DNA of 64,000 nucleotides, taken from contig JBAYGW010000001.1 in assembly GCA_041666485.1 (NCBI GenBank), positions 15,299 through 79,298 on the forward strand, given 5' to 3'. This stretch comes from Patescibacteria group bacterium. GTDB taxonomy: Bacteria > Patescibacteriota > Patescibacteriia > UM-FILTER-42-10. Position numbers and translations under genes: made by a program. The first letter of the stretch is position 1. Every line of letters starts with the position of its first letter. Positions 30,631 to 39,937 of the stretch are shown piece by piece. The notes beneath the pieces are model-generated. The model ran no database searches. It was given only the letters and a program-made list of their open reading frames with translations, and was not told the origin of the DNA.

Positions 30631-32352
30631 CTACCAGCTTCCGCCTCCGCCACCGCCAAAACCGCCGCCGGAAAATCCCCCGCCAGAGAAACCACTTCCT
30701 CCGCCAGAAGCAGATGAAGAAGGTCGGGAAATAAGAGTTGAATTAGTGCTTGTTTGAAAGCTATTTAAACTATTGATTAAATATAACGTGCTGAAATTTG
30801 TGCCGATTGGTCCCTCGTACCAGGACGGCTGCTGCTTATATATTTCGGAGAACTGGCTTGCCCACTCTTTTTCTACACCCAGAACCATGGCATAAGGAAG
30901 TAGATGGTCAAAATGTTCCGGTTTCTTTTCGGGAGCATTATGGAATTTTATTCTGTCTTTTTCAGCAACGGACAAATATGTTTTCAGTCCCAGGATATGC
31001 TCGCGGGCATTCACACCTTTGATTGTCTTTGATGGCATAAATAGGCTGAAGATTAAAACAATTATTCCAGAAAGAATAAATGAAAGTGTATAGAACGCCC
31101 CCAAGATGCCGACAAAAAAACCGACAATAAATATTGCAACACCGATTCCGTTATATGCCAGCCGGACATTTTTAGGGTTTTTGGCGAAATATTTTTTGTT
31201 GACTGTTTCTTTGTATAATTTATCGGTAACCTGAGGGTAGTCTTTGTAAAACTTATTTTTCAGTTCTGAAAGTTTTACTGATTCCTTGTCACCGAAGATT
31301 CCCAGTAAAAGTGTTTTTTCAAAATCGGTTTTCAGTACATCTGCATTGGTAAGCTTAACGAAACTATAGTCCGTTTTCCCCTCACCCTTTATAATTTTCA
31401 GATTACCATTGACTGCAAATTGAATTATTTGTGCGGAAACATCTTTGGTTTGGACTTTTTCATCAATAATCGTACCGACTTCAGCCGCGGTAATATTATC
31501 CGGTGCATCATATTGGGCAATGATCGTGCCTTTTCCTTTAGGATCCCTGCCTTTCACTCGCCAAAGATAAATCATTAAACTAAGAACTATAATCGGCATA
31601 AAAAGTATACCGTTGTCTTTCAGATATTCAATAAATTTATCATAAGCCGTCGGTTCAATAACCAAACCCTTAGGAAAACCGGTAACAATTGTTAATCCGT
31701 CATAAATTCCTAAATCCTGTGCGGTAAATATAGCTTCACTAACGTTATCTGATGAATCAATATTTGTTAATATTGATTCACAATTATTATCTGTTTCATA
31801 CGCCCCAGCAAAGCATTTTGTCTGTAATTTATCTGCCGGTATTTTATCGGGCAATGAAACAGAAGCACTAACCTTGGTGATCGGTACGTCCCACTCGTTG
31901 CCTGTCACATTCCAGTACAGTTCATCCCAATCGGAAAAATAATTCAAAGCCTTTTTTATTGTGTAAGTAATTATATAAGTGTGCTGACCGGTAACAAAAG
32001 CATCGGCATCGCCGATTTTTAATTCAACATTCTTCCCGGGGTACGATATTACATAGTTATACAATTCCCCATATTCATTCGTAACGGAGATATCAGAGAT
32101 GCGAAGATTATAATTTCCGCCACGCGCTTTGTAACTGATCGGGATAAACCGGAATATTCCATGCCGCTGCTGATCAGAAAAATCATAGAGAATCGTCTCT
32201 GTTACAGTAATACTGGAATTATTATTAATCGCGATTTTAGCGTTGAAGTCAGTGACATTTTCAAAATCTGCTGCCAGAGTAGTATTCGGCATTATGAAAC
32301 AAAAGACCGCGATCAAGCACAGTGTTGCAATATTCGCATATTTAATACGCAT
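30631..32352 (-). CDS. DUF2207-domain membrane protein
   Basis: HGIFRFIP, ELYWNVTG..W, LPYAMVLGV, Gly-rich tail ending GGGGGSW. Confidence 0.92.
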   Translation of the reverse strand: MRIKYANIATLCLIAVFCFIMPNTTLAADFENVTDFNAKIAINNNSSITVTETILYDFSDQQRHGIFRFIPISYKARGGNYNLRISDISVTNEYGELYNYVISYPGKNVELKIGDADAFVTGQHTYIITYTIKKALNYFSDWDELYWNVTGNEWDVPITKVSASVSLPDKIPADKLQTKCFAGAYETDNNCESILTNIDSSDNVSEAIFTAQDLGIYDGLTIVTGFPKGLVIEPTAYDKFIEYLKDNGILFMPIIVLSLMIYLWRVKGRDPKGKGTIIAQYDAPDNITAAEVGTIIDEKVQTKDVSAQIIQFAVNGNLKIIKGEGKTDYSFVKLTNADVLKTDFEKTLLLGIFGDKESVKLSELKNKFYKDYPQVTDKLYKETVNKKYFAKNPKNVRLAYNGIGVAIFIVGFFVGILGAFYTLSFILSGIIVLIFSLFMPSKTIKGVNAREHILGLKTYLSVAEKDRIKFHNAPEKKPEHFDHLLPYAMVLGVEKEWASQFSEIYKQQPSWYEGPIGTNFSTLYLINSLNSFQTSTNSTLISRPSSSASGGGSGFSGGGFSGGGFGGGGGGSW

Positions 32353-32366
32353 GGTTTTATTTATTA

Positions 32367-32633
32367 CTATTTATTTCTCCAATGACGTTTTTGAATATAT
32401 ACTATTTTCCAGCCCCAGAAACCCATAATTAGGCCGCTTGCAGAACCCAGAACCAATAATGCAAGCTGAAGCCATGCCGGCAATGCGCAGCTGCCGGCGC
32501 CAAAGCTATTATACCAGTGAATTTCCGTGACTTCGGTTAAGGAAAGATACGTGTATTCAATTATTGCGTGAACAATAAAACTGAATATTATGCCTAAAAT
32601 TGTAAATGAAAATATGTAAAATATTTTTTTCAT
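32367..32633 (-). CDS. Small two-TM hypothetical membrane protein
   Basis: Two hydrophobic helices; tightly packed within the operon. Confidence 0.7.
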   Translation of the reverse strand: MKKIFYIFSFTILGIIFSFIVHAIIEYTYLSLTEVTEIHWYNSFGAGSCALPAWLQLALLVLGSASGLIMGFWGWKIVYIQKRHWRNK

Positions 32634-32634
32634 C

Positions 32635-33375
32635 CTAATATAATTCCTGCTGACCCGGCAACATCTGGATAGATCCAGGTAATGTGCCTTTTAAATATGA
32701 ATATCCGTTATGATATTCCAGCTTGTCCATTGAAAAACTTTCCAATTTAGCAAAACGGTTGTTGAGAATGTCCTCAGCCGCTTTCTCTATTCTGTCATAA
32801 TATTTTTCCGGAATCGGTAAAATACCAATCTTAATTTTTTGTACATCAATATCCACCGATTTATTGGAAATCTTTGAAACACCAATCTTTGCGTAAACCG
32901 GTGCGTTCAAATAGGTCTTAACAAATGTTGATATTTCCATCCCCCCTTCAACATATTTAACCTGGGTGTTTTTGATGTGCGGTGCATTCTGCAAAAAGTG
33001 ATCAAGAATTGATGTTACCTCTTCCGAAGTATACTGGGCATCCACGGCAATTTTACCTTTTACTTCTTTATTACCAATTCCTGAAAAAGTGTTCGGGTCG
33101 CCCTTAAATTCAATCGGAAATTTTACCATAGCGGATTGAAACGCTTCATCAGATGGTTGAATACCAAGATTGACCGGTTTGCCGGCGCCAAAAACATCGG
33201 AAATTACCGGTATATGGAACACGCCTGACGCGCCAAGTAATAAGCATGGAAAACCTAAAACTATTAATAATACTATAGTCCAAATAATTGATTTCTTTTT
33301 AAATCTTTTTGGCGGTTTTTCTTTTTCCGGTTTTGTCCGCTCGGTATTTACTGGGGTATTCGTTTCAATTCGCAT
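32635..33375 (-). CDS. Membrane-anchored hypothetical protein
   Basis: Basic N-terminus, one TM helix and an extracytoplasmic domain; operon packing. Confidence 0.75.
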   Translation of the reverse strand: MRIETNTPVNTERTKPEKEKPPKRFKKKSIIWTIVLLIVLGFPCLLLGASGVFHIPVISDVFGAGKPVNLGIQPSDEAFQSAMVKFPIEFKGDPNTFSGIGNKEVKGKIAVDAQYTSEEVTSILDHFLQNAPHIKNTQVKYVEGGMEISTFVKTYLNAPVYAKIGVSKISNKSVDIDVQKIKIGILPIPEKYYDRIEKAAEDILNNRFAKLESFSMDKLEYHNGYSYLKGTLPGSIQMLPGQQELY

Positions 33376-33394
33376 AACATATATTTATAATTGA

Positions 33395-34198
33395 TTAGAT
33401 TGTAATATCCCGACGTTTAAAATAGTATGCGGCAATCAGTGTCGCCAGAATCGCAAATACAGAAAATACTGATATGTTGATCCAGTCTATTGAATTACTA
33501 ACAATCGCGGCCTCATAATCGTAATAGTAAAAAAATGAAAAGTATTTTGTATCCGACCATTTTTCGCTCAAACCGGATATAATTTGTATCACATACATTG
33601 ATATATAAATTCCACCGAGTGTCATATATACCTTGCTTTTTTCTGAAAAAATTGCGGACAATAGCATAGCTAAACTGAAAGTTGCCCATCCAAACAGCAT
33701 GGTGATACAAAAAATGGTTACGTAATTTGCAAATACGTAATGTATCCCATAAATTGCCGCAATTGGAGGGAGTAATACTGTCGCTGAAAGAGTAAATAAG
33801 GCAAGTCCAAATATTCCGGCAAAATACCTGCCAAAAAATATTTTAATTCTGGAAACGGGTCTTGCGAGTATAATTTCGGCTGTTCCTTTTTCAATTTCAC
33901 CCGCTATGCTTAATCCGGCTATTGAAGATATCAGGAATAGCAGCATAATCGGTACCATAAAACTGTAATTTTCCATTGCCAAAAAGTTTTCAAGATTCAC
34001 AAAGCTTGCCTCACTGATCGGGAACATTGACAAAAACGCGTCAGGATAACCGTCTAATAACTTCATAAAATCTTCAGACATACCTTTCATTGACGGAAAT
34101 AATGCAATATACATCCAGGCAACTAACAAAGCTGAAACACAATATATCAGCAGTGTTATCTTTTTATCACGTAGGGTTCTAAAAAAAATTGTTATCAT
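33395..34198 (-). CDS. ABC-2 type transporter permease
   Basis: IAGEIEKGT...LARPVSR motif, about six TM helices, C-terminal FKRRDI; ATG at 34198. Confidence 0.9.
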   Translation of the reverse strand: MITIFFRTLRDKKITLLIYCVSALLVAWMYIALFPSMKGMSEDFMKLLDGYPDAFLSMFPISEASFVNLENFLAMENYSFMVPIMLLFLISSIAGLSIAGEIEKGTAEIILARPVSRIKIFFGRYFAGIFGLALFTLSATVLLPPIAAIYGIHYVFANYVTIFCITMLFGWATFSLAMLLSAIFSEKSKVYMTLGGIYISMYVIQIISGLSEKWSDTKYFSFFYYYDYEAAIVSNSIDWINISVFSVFAILATLIAAYYFKRRDITI

Positions 34199-34199
34199 G

Positions 34200-35072
34200 C
34201 TACATATAAAATTCAATAAATATTTCTTCCAATGACGCATGCTCAATATGCAGATCTCTCAAATTATGCCTACTCAGTTTTCCAACCAGCTCATTTAAAT
34301 CACCTCTGACGCCCAAAATTAAACCCCCTGCAATTATTTTTTTGATTATGACACCTTTTAATTCAAATTCACTTGATTCAAAATTATCAGCAAAATAAGC
34401 GGTTACATTGTAAAGCCGTTTGTCTTTCAAATTGCGGGTACTTTCAGTCGCAACCATTTTCCCATTCTTAATTATTCCAACCTTGTGACATACGCGATCA
34501 ACCTCGGAAAGATTATGTGACGACATAAATACGGTTGTTCCATGCTTTGTGAGCTCGCCAATCAAATCATAAAGCGTATTCTGCAATAACGGATCAAGCG
34601 CGTTAGTCGGCTCATCCATAATCAATAATTCCGGCTCGGTCATGAAAGCCATGATAATACCCAATTTTTGCTTATTGCCTGAGGAAAGTGCCTTAACCTT
34701 TTGGGCGGAATCAAAATTGAATCTGTCCGAAATTTTTTGTGCAATATCCGTACCGCCATTCAATCTGCTGACAAAATCAATATGATCCTGTCCGGTCCAT
34801 TTATCGTACAGGCGTAAATTTCCGGAAAGATAGCCAATTTTTTTCTTTAATTTTACTGAATCTTTTTGCGCATTAAATCCGAGAATATTTATACTACCGC
34901 TGGTCGGCCTGATAAAATCCATCATGCACCGGATTGTGGTTGTCTTACCGGCACCATTTGGTCCTAGGAAACCGAAAACCTCCCCCTTCTCTACTGAGAA
35001 GGATACGTTGTCTACCGCTTTATTGTTTCGGAAGTGTTTGGATAGATGATTAACTTCAATAACATTCATCAT
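34200..35072 (-). CDS. ABC transporter ATP-binding protein
   Basis: GPNGAGKTT, LSSGNKQK, LIMDEPT, SSH. Confidence 0.96.
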   Translation of the reverse strand: MMNVIEVNHLSKHFRNNKAVDNVSFSVEKGEVFGFLGPNGAGKTTTIRCMMDFIRPTSGSINILGFNAQKDSVKLKKKIGYLSGNLRLYDKWTGQDHIDFVSRLNGGTDIAQKISDRFNFDSAQKVKALSSGNKQKLGIIMAFMTEPELLIMDEPTNALDPLLQNTLYDLIGELTKHGTTVFMSSHNLSEVDRVCHKVGIIKNGKMVATESTRNLKDKRLYNVTAYFADNFESSEFELKGVIIKKIIAGGLILGVRGDLNELVGKLSRHNLRDLHIEHASLEEIFIEFYM

Positions 35073-35083
35073 ACAATGTTATC

Positions 35084-35968
35084 TTAGCTGTTGAAGTCGT
35101 CGTCTTTATTTTTTTTGAATTGCTTGATTACATTATCATACATACCAAGCATGTTATTAAACAGTTTCTCAAACATTATTTCTGTCTTATTTCCAGCCAG
35201 TGGTAGCCGATAATCAAGTTCGCCGTGCGTAACGCGCTGCATACCCTGTGCCAATATCTGATACGGTCTGTTTAATTTTCTGGCCATAAGTAAAGCAATA
35301 ACTAGGAAGATAGGAAGCAGTATTAAGTCCATATATAACAATGATATAAGCATAGTTTTTCTTTCCGCAACTACGTTACCGGCAGATTCATCAACACCTA
35401 AAACTGCGACTGTTTCACCTTTATCATTTAAAATTGGAGCATAACCGGAAATCCATTGACCCCATTTGTCAGTCGCTATCTTATTATCGGTTGAAGGTTT
35501 TATTAATCCTTCTTTCAAATCTGCCTGAGCAGAGACATCATATCGTTCACCGACATCCGGACGCATCTCGGATTCATCAATATAATTATCTCCGTTTGCA
35601 TCTTGCGTTTCTCTCGCCGCCACAACAAAAGTCATTATGTCAACATTTGTGGTCGGCCTCAAAGTATAGATATCAAATATTAATGGATTCCCGTCCATGA
35701 CATTCTTGAAGTAATTTTCAATCGTTTTATAGTCATCCGATCCTTGTTGCTCGTTTGAAATGATATTCTCATGTGTCTGGTAAGAAACGTTATCTGCTAA
35801 ATTTTCCGCAATAATCTTCAGTGATTCACTGGTATTATTCATCATGGCAGTTACTCCAAAATAATATACAAAAATATTTGTGATCAACATAATTGAAATA
35901 AATGCCGTAATTGCATAACGAAAAATTTCTCTTTTAAGCAGATTTGAACGTTTATCAATTTGTTGCAT
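35084..35968 (-). CDS. TM-Cache-like-TM-HAMP membrane sensor with no output domain
   Basis: DKWGQWISGYAPI...GETVAVLGVD Cache-like motif, second TM, HAMP (RP...GMQRV..GELDYRL), then a stop. Confidence 0.75.
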   Translation of the reverse strand: MQQIDKRSNLLKREIFRYAITAFISIMLITNIFVYYFGVTAMMNNTSESLKIIAENLADNVSYQTHENIISNEQQGSDDYKTIENYFKNVMDGNPLIFDIYTLRPTTNVDIMTFVVAARETQDANGDNYIDESEMRPDVGERYDVSAQADLKEGLIKPSTDNKIATDKWGQWISGYAPILNDKGETVAVLGVDESAGNVVAERKTMLISLLYMDLILLPIFLVIALLMARKLNRPYQILAQGMQRVTHGELDYRLPLAGNKTEIMFEKLFNNMLGMYDNVIKQFKKNKDDDFNS

Positions 35969-36047
35969 AACAATAGGGTTTAGGTAATTATTACGTATAT
36001 TATACTAAATAATCGTTTGTATGTCCAATAGAGTCAAATCACGAATA

Positions 36048-36881
36048 CTAAAACAATCTACCATTCATTGATTTACCCGTCTTCTTTGCCGTTTTCTTAT
36101 GTTTACTCGGCTTTATTTGATTTGGTTTTGGCGTAACTGCTGTTACAGCCTCCCGATACCGGCAATAATCACAGTCTAAATTTGCTTCTGGCAGGACTCT
36201 AGTAGAGAGACATTGGTGCGCTTCCATGATTGCTGTCTCTACCCAAGAATCATTCCCGGTATAGGGCAACAGAAATACATCAAATTCCAGCTTTTGATCA
36301 AAGGCTTTGCGGTCTGTTTTACCGTTGCAATAAACGAAATACCCGGTTGCGGATACATTAAATCCGTTTTTTCTGAGCAGCCATTGGTATACTTCCATCT
36401 GCCGTTTATAGCTCTCCTGCCATTCCGCATCAATGGAAATTTCACCGTCTTTGGATGTCGCCTTATAATCCACCACAAGCAACTCATCTTTGGAATTAAT
36501 CCACAGATCATCAATCGCCCCCTTAACCATGAAATTCGTCGGTTCATGCAAATATGCCACTCCACCGCGCAAAGCATTACGCCAATGGTCAATATCCTGG
36601 TGAGCAAATGGTATGGCGTCTATGCCGTAGCTTTTCATTAACGGGTGTTGAGTACCATTGGCACGGTGTAAGTCAAATTCTTTCTTAAGGAGTGTATCAA
36701 CCGCAGAATTTAAATTAAACGGGAACCCCGGAGGACGACCGACACCCAGTCGCCTGTCCAAATAAAAACAGCGCGGGCAGTCAATAAACAAATCAATTTT
36801 AGATCTACTTAGATTAAACGGAACCTTTGATTGCGGGTCAAATAAATTTTTAGTTCTGAGTGCATTGTAATATTGTGACAC
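36048..36881 (-). CDS. PD-(D/E)xK nuclease, Cas4/AddB-like with Cys cluster ligands
   Basis: LSRSKI...CPRCFY, GAIDD...VVDYKAT, QMEVYQWLL, CDYC. Confidence 0.88.
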   Translation of the reverse strand: MSQYYNALRTKNLFDPQSKVPFNLSRSKIDLFIDCPRCFYLDRRLGVGRPPGFPFNLNSAVDTLLKKEFDLHRANGTQHPLMKSYGIDAIPFAHQDIDHWRNALRGGVAYLHEPTNFMVKGAIDDLWINSKDELLVVDYKATSKDGEISIDAEWQESYKRQMEVYQWLLRKNGFNVSATGYFVYCNGKTDRKAFDQKLEFDVFLLPYTGNDSWVETAIMEAHQCLSTRVLPEANLDCDYCRYREAVTAVTPKPNQIKPSKHKKTAKKTGKSMNGRLF

Positions 36882-36882
36882 T

Positions 36883-39654
36883 TTATTCTTCCAATAGTTT
36901 GTTAATTATATCGCCTAATTCATCTATTTTTGAGCCATAAGTTGTCCAATCGCCGGCCTTTTGCGCGTCAATTGCAGAATTGTAAAGCTCTGACGCCTGA
37001 TTAAGCAGCTCATTGTTTGGCGCTGAAATTGGGACTTCATTGTTTATCTCAATTGTTTCATTTTCAGTATCAGTAAATATTTTATTTAATGCCAACTCAA
37101 GCGTTTCTTCCATGGCAATTCGGTTTTCATGTGCAACAATTACACGTTTTAATTCCGGAATTTTTCCGCCCTCTGCCCTTAAATATATCGGCTGAACATA
37201 AATTAAAGATTCTTCTATCGGGATAACCAGCAAATTACCTGAAATTACTTCTGAACCGCGCTGATCCCAAAGAGAAATTTGTCTTGATATTTCAGGATCC
37301 TGGTTTATTCTGTTTATAATTTGATTTGGTCCATAAACTAGCTTTTGTTTCGGAAATCGGTAAACAACAATTTTTCCGTAGTTTTCATTATCATTCCTGG
37401 CAACCATCCAGGCCGCCAGGTTATCCTTACCTTTTGGTGTAAATGGAAGCATCAGTATATATTCCTCCTTTGCTTCACCCGGCAATTTCATTATCATATG
37501 GCGCATCATTGGATCCGATTCCTCATTCTGCGGTTGCGTTGGAATTTGCCACTCATCCTCTTTATTGTAAAAGTTTTGTGGCTCGTCCATATGATATTCT
37601 GAATAGATATCGGTCTGAAAAGCAAATAAATCTTCTGGGTAGCGGATATGCGAACGCAGATCCGTTGGCAATTCATCCATTGATTTAAAAACATCTTTGT
37701 ATAACTTCTGGTAGGCTTGGATAATGGGGTCAGTTGTATCACTGACGTATATATTGGTTACGCCGGTGTATGCATTGATCGTAATTTTTACTGAATTTCT
37801 AATATAGTTTAAATTTGAAACAACAAAAGAGTTCTCTGCCACAAAATCATTCAACCGTGAGTCAGACACCTTTTCCGCATATGGGTAGCGGTTACTGACT
37901 GTGTAGGCGTCATAAATCCATTCCATAGCGCCATTTTCAGTAATTACTAAATAAGGGTCTAAATCAAATTTTAGAAATGGCGCCAGTTTTCGTACTCGGT
38001 CGTCAATATCACGATACATCAATAAACGAGAACTATTTGTAATGTCATTGGAAAGAAATAATTTTGACGATTTGAATCTAAGTGCAAACAGTAACTTATC
38101 CATTAATGATGAAATTTGAACCCCTCCGCTTCCGCTATAGATTGAGTATATATTGTTTTCACCAGAAGGATAATTGAATTCTTCTGCTGAAGAATTAACA
38201 ATTACATAATTATTCGGCATTTCCCCGTAGTATATCTCGGGGTTATTAATTTTTATCTCTTTGATTGATGATTCCGGAGGCAGATCTTTAACGAATAAAA
38301 CCGGCAGTCCCTCCTTTGTAACTTCATTCACCGGACTTAGTGTTAATCCGTAACCATGGGTGAAGGTTAAATGCTCATTAATAAAATTCAATTGCGGCAG
38401 ATTAGCAGTATTCAGCTCTCTGGCTGAAAGCAGTACCTGACGTAGATTACCGCCGATTGTATACCTGTCGTTATCCACAGATAAAAACTCATAATAGGTC
38501 CTTATTTCCTGCAACTGACTGAAGGTATCTAAAAGTGGCTCGCGGTCCCAAAGGCGTATATTCTGGATCGTTAATTGATTGTTATTAATATCCTGATTAG
38601 TCAGCAATGTTTCACCGGTCAAATCTCTTTTTTCAACCTGGTCAATTCCATATGCCTTTTGCGTCGCATCAATATTATTTCTGATATAGGGTGTTTCTTT
38701 TGCAAACTCATTTGGCAGAACAATTAACCGCTGAATGATTTCGGACAGTATCCAACCGCCGATGACACCGACCAGCAGGTATACCAGGATGCTTGAAACT
38801 ACTAGCCTGGTCCAGCTCTTAAACGCATGAATTAATAAAACTATTCCCACAACCAATGCGACTACTGACATAACCTGCAAAACAGGCAGTGTAATATGCA
38901 CGTCGGTATAACTAGCACCGATAAATGATCCCGTCTTGCTGTAAACAAGCGATGGAATTTCAATAAAGTATGTTTTAGCAGAAATGATAATAAAAAAGGT
39001 GGCAAACAAAATAGAAAGCATTCTTTTAGCGGAATGAATAATCCCCGGCCCGGCCGCTTGAAACAGATTTCTTAACCCGCCTTTCAATTGGATTACCCCT
39101 AATAACAGATAAATGAGAACTGATCCGATAACGCCAATAAGGATTATTGCTTCAAACAATCTTATAATCAGCCCGATAAAGGGAAGTGTAAATATGTAGT
39201 ATGAAATATCTTTGTGAAATAGTGGGTCCGTAGAATTAAATGGCGTCTTATTTATATAAAGTAGGATAATCTCCCAGTTTGCTGCTGCAATTAAGCCGAT
39301 TACTATTGATACTAAGATAACAACTGGAATGGTTATTTTACGTATAACCGGGCCGGCATCAATTACCTTCATCTTTGGACCCTGTGGCGTATTTATTTTT
39401 ACATTAAACGACTTGGTTGATGGGGAAAATCTGCGTGCCAGACCAAAAATCAGTGCCAGAATTAGATATGAGCAGATTGCTACACCAAATCCTACTATAA
39501 CTTTTGCAATTAGTGGGGTGGTAAATAACTGCTGGTAACCCACTTCCTTAAACCAAAACCAATCAGTGATTATATTAGCACTGCTAACCAGGGCAACAAT
39601 CAGGATAACCACAATGCCTATGGTTGATATGGTAATTTTTCGTAATTTCTTCAT
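36883..39654 (-). CDS. UPF0182 family membrane protein
   Basis: DWFWF..GY, DPLFHKDISYY, NIRLWD, YTVSNRYPY, NYIRNSVK, GNLLVIP; the ATG at 39654 is preferred. Confidence 0.95.
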   Translation of the reverse strand: MKKLRKITISTIGIVVILIVALVSSANIITDWFWFKEVGYQQLFTTPLIAKVIVGFGVAICSYLILALIFGLARRFSPSTKSFNVKINTPQGPKMKVIDAGPVIRKITIPVVILVSIVIGLIAAANWEIILLYINKTPFNSTDPLFHKDISYYIFTLPFIGLIIRLFEAIILIGVIGSVLIYLLLGVIQLKGGLRNLFQAAGPGIIHSAKRMLSILFATFFIIISAKTYFIEIPSLVYSKTGSFIGASYTDVHITLPVLQVMSVVALVVGIVLLIHAFKSWTRLVVSSILVYLLVGVIGGWILSEIIQRLIVLPNEFAKETPYIRNNIDATQKAYGIDQVEKRDLTGETLLTNQDINNNQLTIQNIRLWDREPLLDTFSQLQEIRTYYEFLSVDNDRYTIGGNLRQVLLSARELNTANLPQLNFINEHLTFTHGYGLTLSPVNEVTKEGLPVLFVKDLPPESSIKEIKINNPEIYYGEMPNNYVIVNSSAEEFNYPSGENNIYSIYSGSGGVQISSLMDKLLFALRFKSSKLFLSNDITNSSRLLMYRDIDDRVRKLAPFLKFDLDPYLVITENGAMEWIYDAYTVSNRYPYAEKVSDSRLNDFVAENSFVVSNLNYIRNSVKITINAYTGVTNIYVSDTTDPIIQAYQKLYKDVFKSMDELPTDLRSHIRYPEDLFAFQTDIYSEYHMDEPQNFYNKEDEWQIPTQPQNEESDPMMRHMIMKLPGEAKEEYILMLPFTPKGKDNLAAWMVARNDNENYGKIVVYRFPKQKLVYGPNQIINRINQDPEISRQISLWDQRGSEVISGNLLVIPIEESLIYVQPIYLRAEGGKIPELKRVIVAHENRIAMEETLELALNKIFTDTENETIEINNEVPISAPNNELLNQASELYNSAIDAQKAGDWTTYGSKIDELGDIINKLLEE

Positions 39655-39737
39655 ATTTTGCGGAGTATTAGCATGAATAATATAACTATTATACACTTAA
39701 ATCATTAATATGTTTAGCTTGCATTCTAATGCCGGTA

Positions 39738-39766
39738 TTGACAATGAACCAGTTTGATGATAGTTT
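39738..39766 (+). promoter_or_regulatory. Sigma70 promoter upstream of the structured intergenic RNA
   Basis: TTGACA-17 nt-TAGTTT with extended TGn. Confidence 0.65.
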
Positions 39767-39772
39767 GTATGC

Positions 39773-39906
39773 TCGTTACAGTTTATTCCAAATTTGTAAT
39801 GCGGGGTGCACTTGTTGCTTTGCGGCGGAATTATGACTAGTGCGTTCTAGCAACTTGTAGAACAGTCAAATTCCCCACGGGCAAATAGGTGCATCCCCTC
39901 TTTTTT
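39773..39906 (+). ncRNA. Candidate structured non-coding RNA (long imperfect rod hairpin plus U-tail), family unknown
   Basis: 39801-39900 folds back on itself over most of its length, with several G-U pairs on the + strand, and is followed by T6. Confidence 0.55.
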
Positions 39907-39937
39907 AATATATTGTATTACTTGTTATAATAGAGAT

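Noticed and set aside
30631-30720. GC-rich low-complexity tract
   Set aside because: It encodes the normal Gly/Ser-rich tail of DUF2207 proteins.
39801-39900. SRP RNA, 6S RNA or tRNA identity for the intergenic hairpin
   Set aside because: No helix-8 SRP motif, no large central bubble and no T-loop/cloverleaf on either strand; kept as an unknown ncRNA candidate.
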